Below are positions 52,875-61,907 of a DNA stretch of 64,000 nt, piece by piece. Source of the stretch: a virus; IMG/VR virus record IMGVR_UViG_3300049215_000519, positions 1 to 64,000 of that record, one strand, 5' to 3'. The notes under the pieces were generated by a model. That model ran no database searches. It saw nothing but the letters and a program-made list of their open reading frames with translations, and was not told the DNA's origin. The number at the start of each line of letters is the position of its first letter. The first letter of the stretch is position 1. Both the position numbers and the translations under genes were made by a program.

Positions 52875-53203
52875 GGTTCCTCCTCTCCGACCGCGGTCCC
52901 CGCGTGGTCGAAGCCCCACTGCATGATGCCCGCGCCGATCGGCGTGAGCACGATCGAGCAGAGCCCGACGACTAGGCCTCCGACGATGTTGTCCAGAGGA
53001 ATTCCTAGGTAATCTAGATGGTAACCCCAGCCTACCGTCGCGGCGAGGAAGTTGCCCCACCAAAATCCGATGCATGCCGGGCAGTCGGCGAACGTGGCGA
53101 GCCAGCGCGGGTACCGTGACCAGAGCGCGCGCGTGATGACTGCCCGACTGCCTAGGTACCACAGAGAAGTGCTTAGGAGTGTGAAAAGCAGCACAGTAAA
53201 CAT
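52871..53203 (-). CDS. DUF1360-like membrane protein
   Basis: FADCPACIGFWWG motif and 3-4 TM segments. ATGA overlap. Confidence 0.55.
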   Translation of the reverse strand: MFTVLLFTLLSTSLWYLGSRAVITRALWSRYPRWLATFADCPACIGFWWGNFLAATVGWGYHLDYLGIPLDNIVGGLVVGLCSIVLTPIGAGIMQWGFDHAGTAVGEEEP

Positions 53204-53205
53204 GA

Positions 53206-53685
53206 CTACTCCACCTTGCCGCCGTTGTGCAGGTCATCCATCAACTCTTCTGGTAGCTTGTCAGCCTTTTCCCCTTCACGGGCGATGGAGGCTCCTTGAG
53301 CTGCGGTCCACCGGTCGCAGAGGAAGGTCGAGAAGACGAATTCGCCAACCGGGTCTCCGTTGGCGAGTCTTCCATGAGAGCAGCAGCCAATCTGCTTGGT
53401 GTGCACCTTTTCATCGATCATCGGAACTTGGGTTCTGATCGCTCGAACCTTGGGATGCTCTTCGCCCTGAGGTGAAGATAGCGCAATGGAAACCGCTCGA
53501 TTGAGCAGATCAAGCCGAGCATGGTCCCACCATTTCTTGTCAGCTTGCTCTGGGGACCAGTGGATGCAGTTCCAGCATCCTTGAGTTCGGATGGCCACGC
53601 GCTCGGCACCGACACCTGGCAACTTAGGTAGGAGGGCGTCTCGAAGCAACTCCTTGGATGTTTTGAGTGGCATTGCGCATGGCAC
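53206..53685 (-). CDS. Cys-rich hypothetical protein
   Basis: GTG start preceded by TAAGAC-N6. Contains GCWNCIHW and IGCCSHG. Confidence 0.55.
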   Translation of the reverse strand: MPCAMPLKTSKELLRDALLPKLPGVGAERVAIRTQGCWNCIHWSPEQADKKWWDHARLDLLNRAVSIALSSPQGEEHPKVRAIRTQVPMIDEKVHTKQIGCCSHGRLANGDPVGEFVFSTFLCDRWTAAQGASIAREGEKADKLPEELMDDLHNGGKVE

Positions 53686-53714
53686 TCTAATGTCTTATTT
53701 TGCCCAAGGCAAGT

Positions 53715-53743
53715 TTGACGTTCCCCTAGTCTAGGAGTAAGTA
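53715..53743 (+). promoter_or_regulatory. sigma70-like promoter with leaderless start
   Basis: TTGACG-N17-TAAGTA, then 6 nt, then GTG at 53750. Confidence 0.5.
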
Positions 53744-53749
53744 CATCAC

Positions 53750-55915
53750 GTGTCGAAAACATCTAAGTCTATCCCGAAGTCCCTCGACGCGGCGGCACTC
53801 GAGGAGATGGTGGAGCCTCTGACCATTCAGATCCAGAGGCAAAAGAATGGGATGCTGTCGCCTATCCCGATGCCGATCGGTGAGAGTGGGCAACCAGGTG
53901 TTGGATGGTCGAAGGCAGAGGTGCTCGCGATCGATCAGGGCTGGCTCGTCAACCACTGGTCAGGTGGCGGCTACTACGTCATCACCGTGACCGATGACAC
54001 TCGGCCCACACCCAAGAAACTCGTGTGGAATCCGATGTGGGACCCGGCGCTCTACCCCGAGAAGGTTCCACCGACGCTTGCCGACGCGGCGCGGCCGGGC
54101 ATCTTGGTCCAGCAACAGCAACCCGCGCAACCTCAACCAACGTCTCAACCTCAACCGCAGTTGATACCTCAACCGCAGTTGATACCTCAACCCCAGCAGG
54201 TGCCCATGTCGCAGTTTCCTGGTGGCCTACCTACGGGTGGGCTTCTCCCCATCCACACTGCCCAGTCGGGCTATCCTCAGCCGTCGCCGACGTACGCGCC
54301 TCAGCAGCCGTACTACAACCAGCCGCAGGGGTATCCTCAGGGATACCAGCAGGGCTATAACCCGATGATGGCTCAGATGGAAGCCGATCGTCGGCGACTC
54401 GAGGAACAGGTTGCTGCGATGCAGGTGGCGCTGCGCGCGACCGAGCTGGATGCGGTGCGGAAGCAGTACGCAGCCGAGCTGGAACGTGAGAAAGCTTCCA
54501 ACGCTGCAATGATCCAGCGTCTCGAGCAGAGGATTGCTGAGTTCACGGCGAGCGCGGCGACATCGAAGGTGAGCCCCGAGGTCGAGACGATTCGCGAGCA
54601 GATGCGCGCGCAGCAGGCTCAGCTCGAGTCGGAGCGCCGCGAGCGCGAGGCCGAGCGGCGCGAGCGCGAGATGCGCGAGCTGGTCGCCGGGCAGAATGCT
54701 CAGATCCAACGCCAGATCGAGCAGATGCAGCAAAACTACCAGATGATGGTGCAGGCTCAGGCTACCAAGGGGCCTGATCCTCTCATCCAGGTGATGATGG
54801 ACCAGAGCCGTAACTCGATGGAGGCCATGAAGGAGATCGCGCGCCAGTCGGGGGCCGCGATCGACAAGTTCCAGGCCTTCATGATGTCGCCGCGCGACGT
54901 CATGTCGATCACCAAGGACGCGTCGAACGGTCTAGACAACGTGACTCAGAAGATGACTCAGATGTTCTCGGGCGTGTTCGATCTGCAGAACAAGGTGCTC
55001 GAGAGCGCGATGTCGCTCAACCAAGGCGGCAACGACACCGTGGGGCTCATCCGCGAGGGCGTGACGAACGCCAAGGATCTATTCGAGCGCTACATCGTGT
55101 CGAAGAGCCGCGAAGCGCAGGTGACCGCGCAGGCGAGCGCCGCGACTGCACAGGCACAAGCACAGGCCGCAGCAGTGCGCGCGCAAGCTGATGCTTCAAT
55201 CGCGCAGTCTCGTCGGATGCCGCAGCAAGCTGGCCCGAACGGTGAAACGAGGGTGCAGCAAACGTCGTCGGCGATGCCTCAGCAGGCTGGGTTAGCTGGT
55301 CCGCCTGCGGGGCCTGGGAATGGCCGACCCAACGGCCATACCAACGGCAATGGCCAGCCCAACGGTAAGGCGGCTTTTGATGCGTGGCAGCAATCACGGC
55401 AGCAGGGTGAGCCGGCGAGGCCGACGCAGGCATACGTTCCCGAGCCCGCCCCTCCGCCTCAGCCGGCACCAGCGCAACATCAAGCGGCGCCGAGCGCCGT
55501 CGAAGTGATCGCGCAGCCGATGGTAAAATCCGATCAGGAATGGTTTGGCCCGCTCTTGCCCGAGGTGATCCAGCTGCGGCGCAGCGTCGATCTGTTCTTC
55601 GTCGGACTGCGGAAGCAGCCGCCCGTCGTCCAGCCCGGCAGTGCAGATCCGGCTGCAGTTGCCAAGGGCATCGCCACTGCGCTGCAGGCTGTGATGCAGC
55701 ACAACATCCCGATCCCGGCGTTGAACGAGCTGCTCGCGCCGGGCGACTTCGAGGGCTTCTTCCGCGTGCTCTTGCCCGCAGCCACACCCGAGTTCCATGC
55801 CGATGCGATCCACGAACTGAAGCAGCTGCTTGGCCTACCGCCTGAAGAAGGCGAAGAAGAGGACGACTTCGGGGACGACGACAGCGACGACGTGCGCGAC
55901 GGCGCGTCAGCATGA
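53750..55915 (+). CDS. 721-aa protein: globular N-domain, PQ-repeat linker, long coiled coil, acidic tail
   Basis: 18-nt tandem repeat at 54149..54192 (PQLIPQ, 2 copies). E/R/Q-rich heptad-like region. C-terminus EEGEEEDDFGDDDSDD. Confidence 0.65.
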   Translation: MSKTSKSIPKSLDAAALEEMVEPLTIQIQRQKNGMLSPIPMPIGESGQPGVGWSKAEVLAIDQGWLVNHWSGGGYYVITVTDDTRPTPKKLVWNPMWDPALYPEKVPPTLADAARPGILVQQQQPAQPQPTSQPQPQLIPQPQLIPQPQQVPMSQFPGGLPTGGLLPIHTAQSGYPQPSPTYAPQQPYYNQPQGYPQGYQQGYNPMMAQMEADRRRLEEQVAAMQVALRATELDAVRKQYAAELEREKASNAAMIQRLEQRIAEFTASAATSKVSPEVETIREQMRAQQAQLESERREREAERREREMRELVAGQNAQIQRQIEQMQQNYQMMVQAQATKGPDPLIQVMMDQSRNSMEAMKEIARQSGAAIDKFQAFMMSPRDVMSITKDASNGLDNVTQKMTQMFSGVFDLQNKVLESAMSLNQGGNDTVGLIREGVTNAKDLFERYIVSKSREAQVTAQASAATAQAQAQAAAVRAQADASIAQSRRMPQQAGPNGETRVQQTSSAMPQQAGLAGPPAGPGNGRPNGHTNGNGQPNGKAAFDAWQQSRQQGEPARPTQAYVPEPAPPPQPAPAQHQAAPSAVEVIAQPMVKSDQEWFGPLLPEVIQLRRSVDLFFVGLRKQPPVVQPGSADPAAVAKGIATALQAVMQHNIPIPALNELLAPGDFEGFFRVLLPAATPEFHADAIHELKQLLGLPPEEGEEEDDFGDDDSDDVRDGASA

Positions 55916-55916
55916 A

Positions 55917-55937
55917 GTCAGACCCATCGAGTACAAC
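55917..55937 (+). promoter_or_regulatory. GTCAGACC-N7-TANNNN element
   Basis: GTCAGACCCATCGAGTACAAC, then 6 nt, then GTG at 55944. Confidence 0.45.
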
Positions 55938-55943
55938 TGAGGA

Positions 55944-56261
55944 GTGCTTGGAGCCCTTCAGATTGTCTCGACGGTGGTCGCAACGGCGTTGCTGATCTTT
56001 TGGAACCCGGCCATCTACGCGCTTGGTGCTGCGTTCGTGTGGATGACCATCTTCGCGCTCTTCGTTGTTCGAGAACGTGAGCTGAAGACGACGCTCTACC
56101 AGAACAAGATCAGGTACCCGTCTGAGTCGGTCGAGCCGATCTACGCGGTCATCTCGTCGTTGATCTTGGCCGGGCTATGGCCCGGCTTGCCGATCATCGT
56201 CTGGTACGACTTCGGGACCGTCGCAACGCAGAACCGCTCGAGAGGCAGTGAGCGCCTTTGA
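55944..56261 (+). CDS. Three-TM membrane protein
   Basis: Hydrophobic segments VVATALLIFW, AAFVWMTIFALFVV and ISSLILAGLWPGLPIIV. Confidence 0.6.
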   Translation: MLGALQIVSTVVATALLIFWNPAIYALGAAFVWMTIFALFVVRERELKTTLYQNKIRYPSESVEPIYAVISSLILAGLWPGLPIIVWYDFGTVATQNRSRGSERL

Positions 56262-56490
56262 GGCCGGTGTGCTTGGCGTCGAAGATGCGCAGCAGCGTGA
56301 GCGTGCTGATGAACATCGACGCGAGCGCCGAGCCGACGAAGGCCTGCTTGGCTGGCACGCCGACGAACAGCATCGGCGGAGCGATGAGCAGCGTGCGCAG
56401 CGCCGTCCAGCCAAGAAGTGCAAATCCCGAGCCCTTCTCGTTCTCGAGGACGCCCGCGACGGTGCGGTACGTGGGGAGCTTGGGAGTCAT
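56194..56490 (-). CDS. Membrane protein with Arg-rich C-terminus
   Basis: High third-position GC. TM segments. Ends RRSRSRTRR. Convergent 68-nt overlap with 55944..56261. Confidence 0.5.
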   Translation of the reverse strand: MTPKLPTYRTVAGVLENEKGSGFALLGWTALRTLLIAPPMLFVGVPAKQAFVGSALASMFISTLTLLRIFDAKHTGLKGAHCLSSGSALRRSRSRTRR

Positions 56491-56510
56491 GACCTTGAAG
56501 GAAAGATATC

Positions 56511-56990
56511 ATGGGCAGACCATTTGAAAATGTCTTCTCAAGATTCTGGAAAAAGACCAAGAAGCAGGGGTCTTGCTTGATTTGGATTGGGAGCAAATAC
56601 AGTGGAGATCGAGGATCTTTCACTGTGGCCGTACCTGGTGAAAATCGAAGGATATGCGTGATGGCCCATCGGTGGATCTACCAGCAAGTATTTGGTCCGC
56701 TGCCAAGAAGCACGGTTCTCCTTCATTCATGTGATGTCTCATCATGTGTAGCTTTGCAGCATTTGAGTCCCGGATCTCAACGACAAAACATTAGAGACTG
56801 TATCGATAAAGGTCGGTTTGCTTATGCAGATCGGATGCCTCATAGCAAACTGACTTTTGAACAAGTAAAAGAAATTAGGCGGTTAAGGGAGAAAAATGGG
56901 CTGTCCCAGCAGAAGTTGGCTGATCGTTTTGGTGTGAGTCGTGAACTAGTTAGGGACATCGTGCTGGGGAGGAAACGCAATGGCCATTAA
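56511..56990 (+). CDS. HNH homing-endonuclease-like protein with C-terminal HTH
   Basis: CLIWIGSKYSGDRGSF...AHRWIYQQVFGPLP....LHSCDVSSCVALQHL (HNH_3-like), then SQQKLADRFGVSRELVRDIV (HTH). Markedly AT-rich. Confidence 0.7.
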   Translation: MGRPFENVFSRFWKKTKKQGSCLIWIGSKYSGDRGSFTVAVPGENRRICVMAHRWIYQQVFGPLPRSTVLLHSCDVSSCVALQHLSPGSQRQNIRDCIDKGRFAYADRMPHSKLTFEQVKEIRRLREKNGLSQQKLADRFGVSRELVRDIVLGRKRNGH

Positions 56991-57642
56991 AGTGAGCATT
57001 GGAATTCCGGCGTACGGTGGGAAGGTAGCAGTAGGCCAAGCTCGGATGTGGCTCGCGTTCGGCGCCGCGATGCGCTCGGCGATTTCCGCACGGCACGCCG
57101 ACTTCGCCACGTTCATCACAATGGATGTATGTGGGGTCGATCGCGCGCGGAACTACCTGCTCGCGCACGCGATGGCTCAGGGAGCTGATTGGCTGCTCAT
57201 GGTCGACTCCGACACGTGGACCGACAACGGCGGAGGCCTGCTCACGATGATCTTGGCTGGCGCGCAGCTGGAGGCCACGATCATCGGAGCGCCCGTGTAC
57301 CGTTCGGTCGACGGCAAGCAAATGCTGAACGTCTACCAGCGCGAGGACGGCAAGCGCGTCTGCATCGACCCTCGCGACATGCGCGCCGGCGGCGTGATAC
57401 CTTTCGAGGTCGACTCGATCGGTTCAGCCGTGATGGCGATCGATCTCCACCGAGTCCCCGCCGATCTCTCGTTCAAGTTCACCGAGGACACAAGCGAGGA
57501 TCTCTACTTCTGCGAGGGCATCAAGAAGGCGGGTGGCAAGATCTACTGCGATCGGCGCATCGAAACCAACCACATCAAGTCGTACACGATGACCTACAAG
57601 TTGGGTGAGCTTTCCACTAACCCGCCTGAGCGGAAAGAATAG
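56980..57642 (+). CDS. Putative GT-A-fold glycosyltransferase
   Basis: VSIGIPAYGG, ARNYLLAHAMAQGADWLLMVDSDTW (DxD), EDLYFCEGIKKAGGKIY. Confidence 0.5.
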   Translation: MAIKVSIGIPAYGGKVAVGQARMWLAFGAAMRSAISARHADFATFITMDVCGVDRARNYLLAHAMAQGADWLLMVDSDTWTDNGGGLLTMILAGAQLEATIIGAPVYRSVDGKQMLNVYQREDGKRVCIDPRDMRAGGVIPFEVDSIGSAVMAIDLHRVPADLSFKFTEDTSEDLYFCEGIKKAGGKIYCDRRIETNHIKSYTMTYKLGELSTNPPERKE

Positions 57643-58291
57643 CTTCCTCTTCGTCGAGGAGTCGTCGCTCTTGCTTGATCAGCTTCGCGTTGCGGATCGT
57701 GGTCACGATCGACGAGATCACGATCGCCGAGGTCGAGAGGATCGACAGCCAGAAGAGTTTGTTGTTTCGAGCTTGCTGAGCGGCGAGGTTCGCCAGTATC
57801 TGCATCACAGTTGGATCGGTGACACCGGCGTCGCCGAGTGGCCGGCCAGGAACGGGATTCGCGGGTGAATTCTCGAGCCAGCTGCGATCGCGAGGCACCA
57901 TGCGTGGGCCGTACCCGCCAGCCGGGTCGTACCCGTTCGGCGGGATCCACGTGCCGGGTTGAAAGCCTTCCTTCGCGGCGACGAAGCCGTCGCTGAACGG
58001 TACCCAGCCGTAGGTCGATGCGAGGTCGAAGTCGGTCGGGATCGAGCGGCCGAGGCCGAGCTTCTTCGCAACCTTCTTCGCGACGCGCCTCTCAAGCCAG
58101 GAAGGCTTCTTGCGCGCGCTGCCCAGCTGCGTGTCGTGGTAGAAGCCGACCTCGCCGCGGGTGTTGTGGAACGGATCGTCCGGGCAGAGGTACGTGCCGT
58201 CGCCGCCGTAGCTGTAGCCGACCTCGAAGGGTGGCGCGCCCGGGATCTGGCCTTGGGGCGTGAGCTTGATGCCGAGACCGAGATGGCTCAT
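57617..58291 (-). CDS. Membrane-anchored hypothetical protein
   Basis: MSHLGLGIKL start. PLGDAGVTDP followed by the TM segment LFWLSILSTSAIVISSIVTTI. Confidence 0.55.
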   Translation of the reverse strand: MSHLGLGIKLTPQGQIPGAPPFEVGYSYGGDGTYLCPDDPFHNTRGEVGFYHDTQLGSARKKPSWLERRVAKKVAKKLGLGRSIPTDFDLASTYGWVPFSDGFVAAKEGFQPGTWIPPNGYDPAGGYGPRMVPRDRSWLENSPANPVPGRPLGDAGVTDPTVMQILANLAAQQARNNKLFWLSILSTSAIVISSIVTTIRNAKLIKQERRLLDEEEAILSAQAG

Positions 58292-58311
58292 GTCATGAGC
58301 CTAACACGGAT

Positions 58312-58644
58312 TTACAGCTTCTTCATTGCCAGCCAGACCGCGTACAGGAGCCCGAATCCTAGGGCTGCAATGCCGAATATGGTCGTGGTGGTCATGTCGC
58401 CGCGGAGGCCCTTGAGCTGCGACTGCGTGCCGTACATGTCGAGCAGCACGGGCTGCCCGGAGTCGTCCGTCATCGCCGAGGCCGGCATGCCCGGAGGCCA
58501 GAGCGGCGGTAGCCCGCTGGTGTCGTACCAGCCGTACATCGGCACACCGTACGAGCCCGAACTGATCTCGTCAGGCGGGCACGTCGCGGGCGCGCCGAGC
58601 TGGATGGTGTACGAGCCAGGTGAAACGCCGACGGTCCGCATCAC
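58312..58644 (-). CDS. Tail-anchored protein (GLRGD-TM-KK)
   Basis: QLKGLRGDMTTTTIFGIAALGFGLLYAVWLAMKKL. Confidence 0.55.
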   Translation of the reverse strand: MMRTVGVSPGSYTIQLGAPATCPPDEISSGSYGVPMYGWYDTSGLPPLWPPGMPASAMTDDSGQPVLLDMYGTQSQLKGLRGDMTTTTIFGIAALGFGLLYAVWLAMKKL

Positions 58645-58850
58645 GAGCCTCTCTTCAGGCGCTTCACGGCGACGAAGCTCGTGAGGCCGAACATCACGCC
58701 GAGAAGTCCAAGTGCGAGCGACGCGAGGACGTATGGCATGACCGTCGCCTTCACCTGCATCTGGATCTCGGGGATCGCGGCTTCAGCACCAGCGGTCGCC
58801 TTGCCCTGGATGTAGTTCGTAACGTCGTCGAGAAACCCGTTGAATTGCAC
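58641..58850 (-). CDS. Tail-anchored small protein
   Basis: VMPYVLASLALGLLGVMFGLTSFVAVKRLKRGS. Confidence 0.5.
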   Translation of the reverse strand: MQFNGFLDDVTNYIQGKATAGAEAAIPEIQMQVKATVMPYVLASLALGLLGVMFGLTSFVAVKRLKRGS

Positions 58851-58858
58851 GAGTCACC

Positions 58859-59287
58859 TCACTTCGCGAGCTTGTAGACGCCGAAGCCGAGCAGGGCCAC
58901 GATGCCGAGGATACCGAGCGGCGTGGCGTAGAATGGCGTGGGTGCCTGAAGGCACGTGGGATAGGAGCCGGGCGAACCAGGAAGGCACGCGCACGCGGGG
59001 TAGCTGCCTTGCGAACCTGGCGGACACACGCCACCAGGAGTCACGAGCCCCGACGCGGCGCCCTTCACGAGCGACGTCAGCGCGGTCGGCCACCACGAGG
59101 ACTGGTTGTTCTGCGGCGAGCCAGAGCTTCCAGTCGAGGATGATCCAGAGTTCGCGGCTGCGGAGTCGGCGTCGACACATGCGTTGTTGCAGTTGTAGAA
59201 CGCGTCCGAGGTCGGATCGTAGTTCGCTTGGCAGGCTGCGTTGCAGGACGTGTAGTCCCCAAGCCCGCTGAGACCGAGGAACATCAT
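58859..59287 (-). CDS. Cys-rich tail-anchored protein
   Basis: MMFLGLSGLGDYTSCNAAC start. Has 10 Cys. C-terminal TM LGILGIVALLGFGVY then KLAK. Confidence 0.55.
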   Translation of the reverse strand: MMFLGLSGLGDYTSCNAACQANYDPTSDAFYNCNNACVDADSAAANSGSSSTGSSGSPQNNQSSWWPTALTSLVKGAASGLVTPGGVCPPGSQGSYPACACLPGSPGSYPTCLQAPTPFYATPLGILGIVALLGFGVYKLAK

Positions 59288-59302
59288 CGTGGGTAACCTT
59301 TG

Positions 59303-60823
59303 CTAGGGATTAGTAGGCGCGGTGCGAGACTTCTTCGCTGAAATGATACCCAATCCTACGGCACCGATCACGCCAACGATCACGTACCACTGAAGGTACC
59401 ATGGGGTCGCATCTGGTGGCCTGCAGATAGGATTCGTGGCTGCTTGCGCGGGGTCCAAGCAGTTGACAGACGATGTCGGAGGCTTATGACAGAGCTTGGA
59501 GGCTGCGAGCACAGCTGCCGCGGCGTAGGGACTCGACTTCGCCATCTGGGTCGCTTGCGCAGGGTTGGAACAGACGAGCGAGAGGATCGCGCTCAGCGCA
59601 TCGGCAGCGAGACCACCGAGTGTCATCGGGATCCACTCGAGCGCGTCGATGATGTAATCGTACCAGGGCTCTTGCGGAAGTGGTCCGATGCCGATCTTCA
59701 ACTTGTAGCCGTTGGGATTATCGGTCTGCACGTTCCACGCGCCGTTCGCGTACGCGTTCGAGTCGATGATCGCGGCCATCCAGATGCCCCACGTGTCTCC
59801 AGTGATCGGATGGCGGAACTTCGAGATCGGCGGAACGTTCAGCGGCGGGTCGTACTCGAAGAACTGGTGAGCGAGCTGCGCGTCGGTTTTGGCTACGCCA
59901 CCCGAGTTCCAGAAGAACTGCGCGATACCGTCTTGATCCGAGAGCCCAGGCTTGAACGAATTGAGCCAGTCTCGCGTGTCGAACCACTTGTACACGTTCG
60001 GATCGCCCGCGTACTGGACCCACTCGGCGGGGAAGTTATTCGCGTCGGGCGCGGCGCCGACGAAGACAACCGGCTTGTTGGGGGTGCTCTGCGTGTGCTT
60101 GTAGCAACCAGGATCGCTCGTGCAGTTGCACTCCTGATAGCCCTGCGTGTTTGGTTGGCCTCCCCACGTTGCGGGTACCGTGCAGACCTTCGAGCCGTCA
60201 GGGCAGCAGCCTGCTGGCAGCTTGCCGGCGAAGCCTCGAGTCGGGTCGAAGTACGGAAACGAGAACGACGTCGGCGCGTCTGGGAAGTGGTTCGGTAGCC
60301 CTGTTCTGAGCGCGGTTGCAAACGCGGCCGCGAACCAATCTCTCCAGCCCTTTGGAATCTGCGCAGGATCGGAGATGGTCGTGATCTGAACACCCATCGC
60401 CTGCTGACCGCTCGCCGAATCCTTGATCGCCGCTGAGGTCAGATCGGCAACGGTGCTACCAAACACCATGTTGGCGCGGTTGATCGCACTCTCGTCGGCT
60501 GCGATCGCTCCACCGTTGATGCTCCACGCGAGTGGGCCGATGAAGACTGGGTAGCCAGCCGTGATGATGTCGTGCGCGCTCTGCGCGACGTGGCCAGCGA
60601 ACGTGACAGCCGAGTCATCGCTGACGACGCGCCATGCACCTTGCTGCCAGATCAACCGACCATCCGACGTCCCGTAGTTCTCGAGCGCCTGGTTCTTCGC
60701 GTTGTCCGGTGATTGCACCGTGCCAGTTGTGATCTGGCCCGGATGTGTGATGGCAGGGTTGATCAGCGCGTTCGGCGCGGCCCCGAGTGCGAATCTACGG
60801 CCGCTCGACAGCCCGAAGTACAT
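59303..60823 (-). CDS. 506-aa tail-anchored ectodomain-like protein
   Basis: Large Cys-containing domain (CCPDGSKVC, CNCTSDPGC). Single C-terminal TM WYVIVGVIGAVGLGII then SAKKSR. Confidence 0.6.
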   Translation of the reverse strand: MYFGLSSGRRFALGAAPNALINPAITHPGQITTGTVQSPDNAKNQALENYGTSDGRLIWQQGAWRVVSDDSAVTFAGHVAQSAHDIITAGYPVFIGPLAWSINGGAIAADESAINRANMVFGSTVADLTSAAIKDSASGQQAMGVQITTISDPAQIPKGWRDWFAAAFATALRTGLPNHFPDAPTSFSFPYFDPTRGFAGKLPAGCCPDGSKVCTVPATWGGQPNTQGYQECNCTSDPGCYKHTQSTPNKPVVFVGAAPDANNFPAEWVQYAGDPNVYKWFDTRDWLNSFKPGLSDQDGIAQFFWNSGGVAKTDAQLAHQFFEYDPPLNVPPISKFRHPITGDTWGIWMAAIIDSNAYANGAWNVQTDNPNGYKLKIGIGPLPQEPWYDYIIDALEWIPMTLGGLAADALSAILSLVCSNPAQATQMAKSSPYAAAAVLAASKLCHKPPTSSVNCLDPAQAATNPICRPPDATPWYLQWYVIVGVIGAVGLGIISAKKSRTAPTNP

Positions 60824-60843
60824 GCGGCAAGGCTACCACGTAG

Positions 60844-61176
60844 TTACGCCTTGCCCATAGCGCGCTTGTCGGCACGATACAACCAGAAAGCCCCACCACC
60901 AAGGATCACGAAGAACACCGCGAGTGGCCACTTCCAACCGCCGCCCGCGATTGAGGCCGCGGCAGCCGACGGCGAGATCGCCGATGTCGGGTCGAGCTGG
61001 ATGTTCGGGTCGACGTACTGCCCGCGGACTGCAGACTGGCAGAACGACTGGTTGGGGTCCTGTTCGCAAGGATCCTTCGGACCGACAGGGCCGAAGGCCT
61101 GGCACACGGGATCGCCGGGGTTGAGCGTGCAAGGGTCTGTGTCGGTGACGTAGTCCGAGAGACCCATGATCATCAT
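60844..61176 (-). CDS. Cys-rich tail-anchored protein
   Basis: MMIMGLSDYVTDTDPC start. C-terminal TM WPLAVFFVILGGGAFWLY then RADKR. TAGCCT-N7-ATG. Confidence 0.55.
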   Translation of the reverse strand: MMIMGLSDYVTDTDPCTLNPGDPVCQAFGPVGPKDPCEQDPNQSFCQSAVRGQYVDPNIQLDPTSAISPSAAAASIAGGGWKWPLAVFFVILGGGAFWLYRADKRAMGKA

Positions 61177-61214
61177 GCAGAGCAGGCTACCACGCTGTGG
61201 TAGGCTTGTGCCAA

Positions 61215-61907
61215 ATGGCTAGCCTCCTCAAGATCTCCGGTTGGCTCGGGGTCGGGCTGCTCGCGACGGGGATCTACCTCTATTGGCGCGAGAAGAAGCT
61301 GCAAGGCCTCGGTGGGCATCGCTACATGGCTGGTCGCTTTGCAGAGGCACCCGTCGTCGACAGCTACTCCGACGGCAACATGACCACGGTACTGCGCGCG
61401 AGCCAAGACATGCCGATCGAACAAAGGATCGCCTCGATTCAGAAGCTGATCGAGAAGAGCGTGCAAGACCCCGAGATGAGAAAACTAGCTGGAGTTCTGA
61501 CTGCACACTGCGGTGATCGGGATGGTACATGCGAGGCAAAGGCGATCTACAAGGCCATCAAGAAACGTGTTCGCTATGTCGGAGACGTGGCCCCGATCAA
61601 ATGGTCGTCAGGTGATGTAGAAGGTATTGATTTGTATCAGAGTGCGAGAAGGACCTGGGAGCTGAAAATAGGTGATTGTGATGACATGGCTATCCTTGCC
61701 TCTACCTTGCTCTCTGTCATCGGAATCACGTCACGATTGAGAGTTACTGCAGAGTCCGCTGATGCGGACTGGGGTCACATTTATGCCGTCGGGTTGTTAC
61801 CTAAGTTTTCCCCGACTTACGCTGTCGCCTTAGATACGACGTTGCCCGGCTCCTCTAAATTTGGAGTCGAAGTGCCTTCAGGCAAGATCATGGATTTTGA
61901 TGCCTGA
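61215..61907 (+). CDS. N-terminally membrane-anchored transglutaminase-like cysteine enzyme
   Basis: TM segment ISGWLGVGLLATGIYLYW. GDCDDMAILASTLLSVIGI (Cys), WGHIYAV (His), ALDTT (Asp). TAGGCT-N8-ATG at 61215 (the track starts at GTG 61197). Confidence 0.6.
   Translation: MASLLKISGWLGVGLLATGIYLYWREKKLQGLGGHRYMAGRFAEAPVVDSYSDGNMTTVLRASQDMPIEQRIASIQKLIEKSVQDPEMRKLAGVLTAHCGDRDGTCEAKAIYKAIKKRVRYVGDVAPIKWSSGDVEGIDLYQSARRTWELKIGDCDDMAILASTLLSVIGITSRLRVTAESADADWGHIYAVGLLPKFSPTYAVALDTTLPGSSKFGVEVPSGKIMDFDA

Noticed and set aside
55047-55913. 288-aa minus-strand ORF
   Set aside because: It is a shadow of the 721-aa gene 53750..55915, with an Arg/Ala/Pro-rich product and no start signal.
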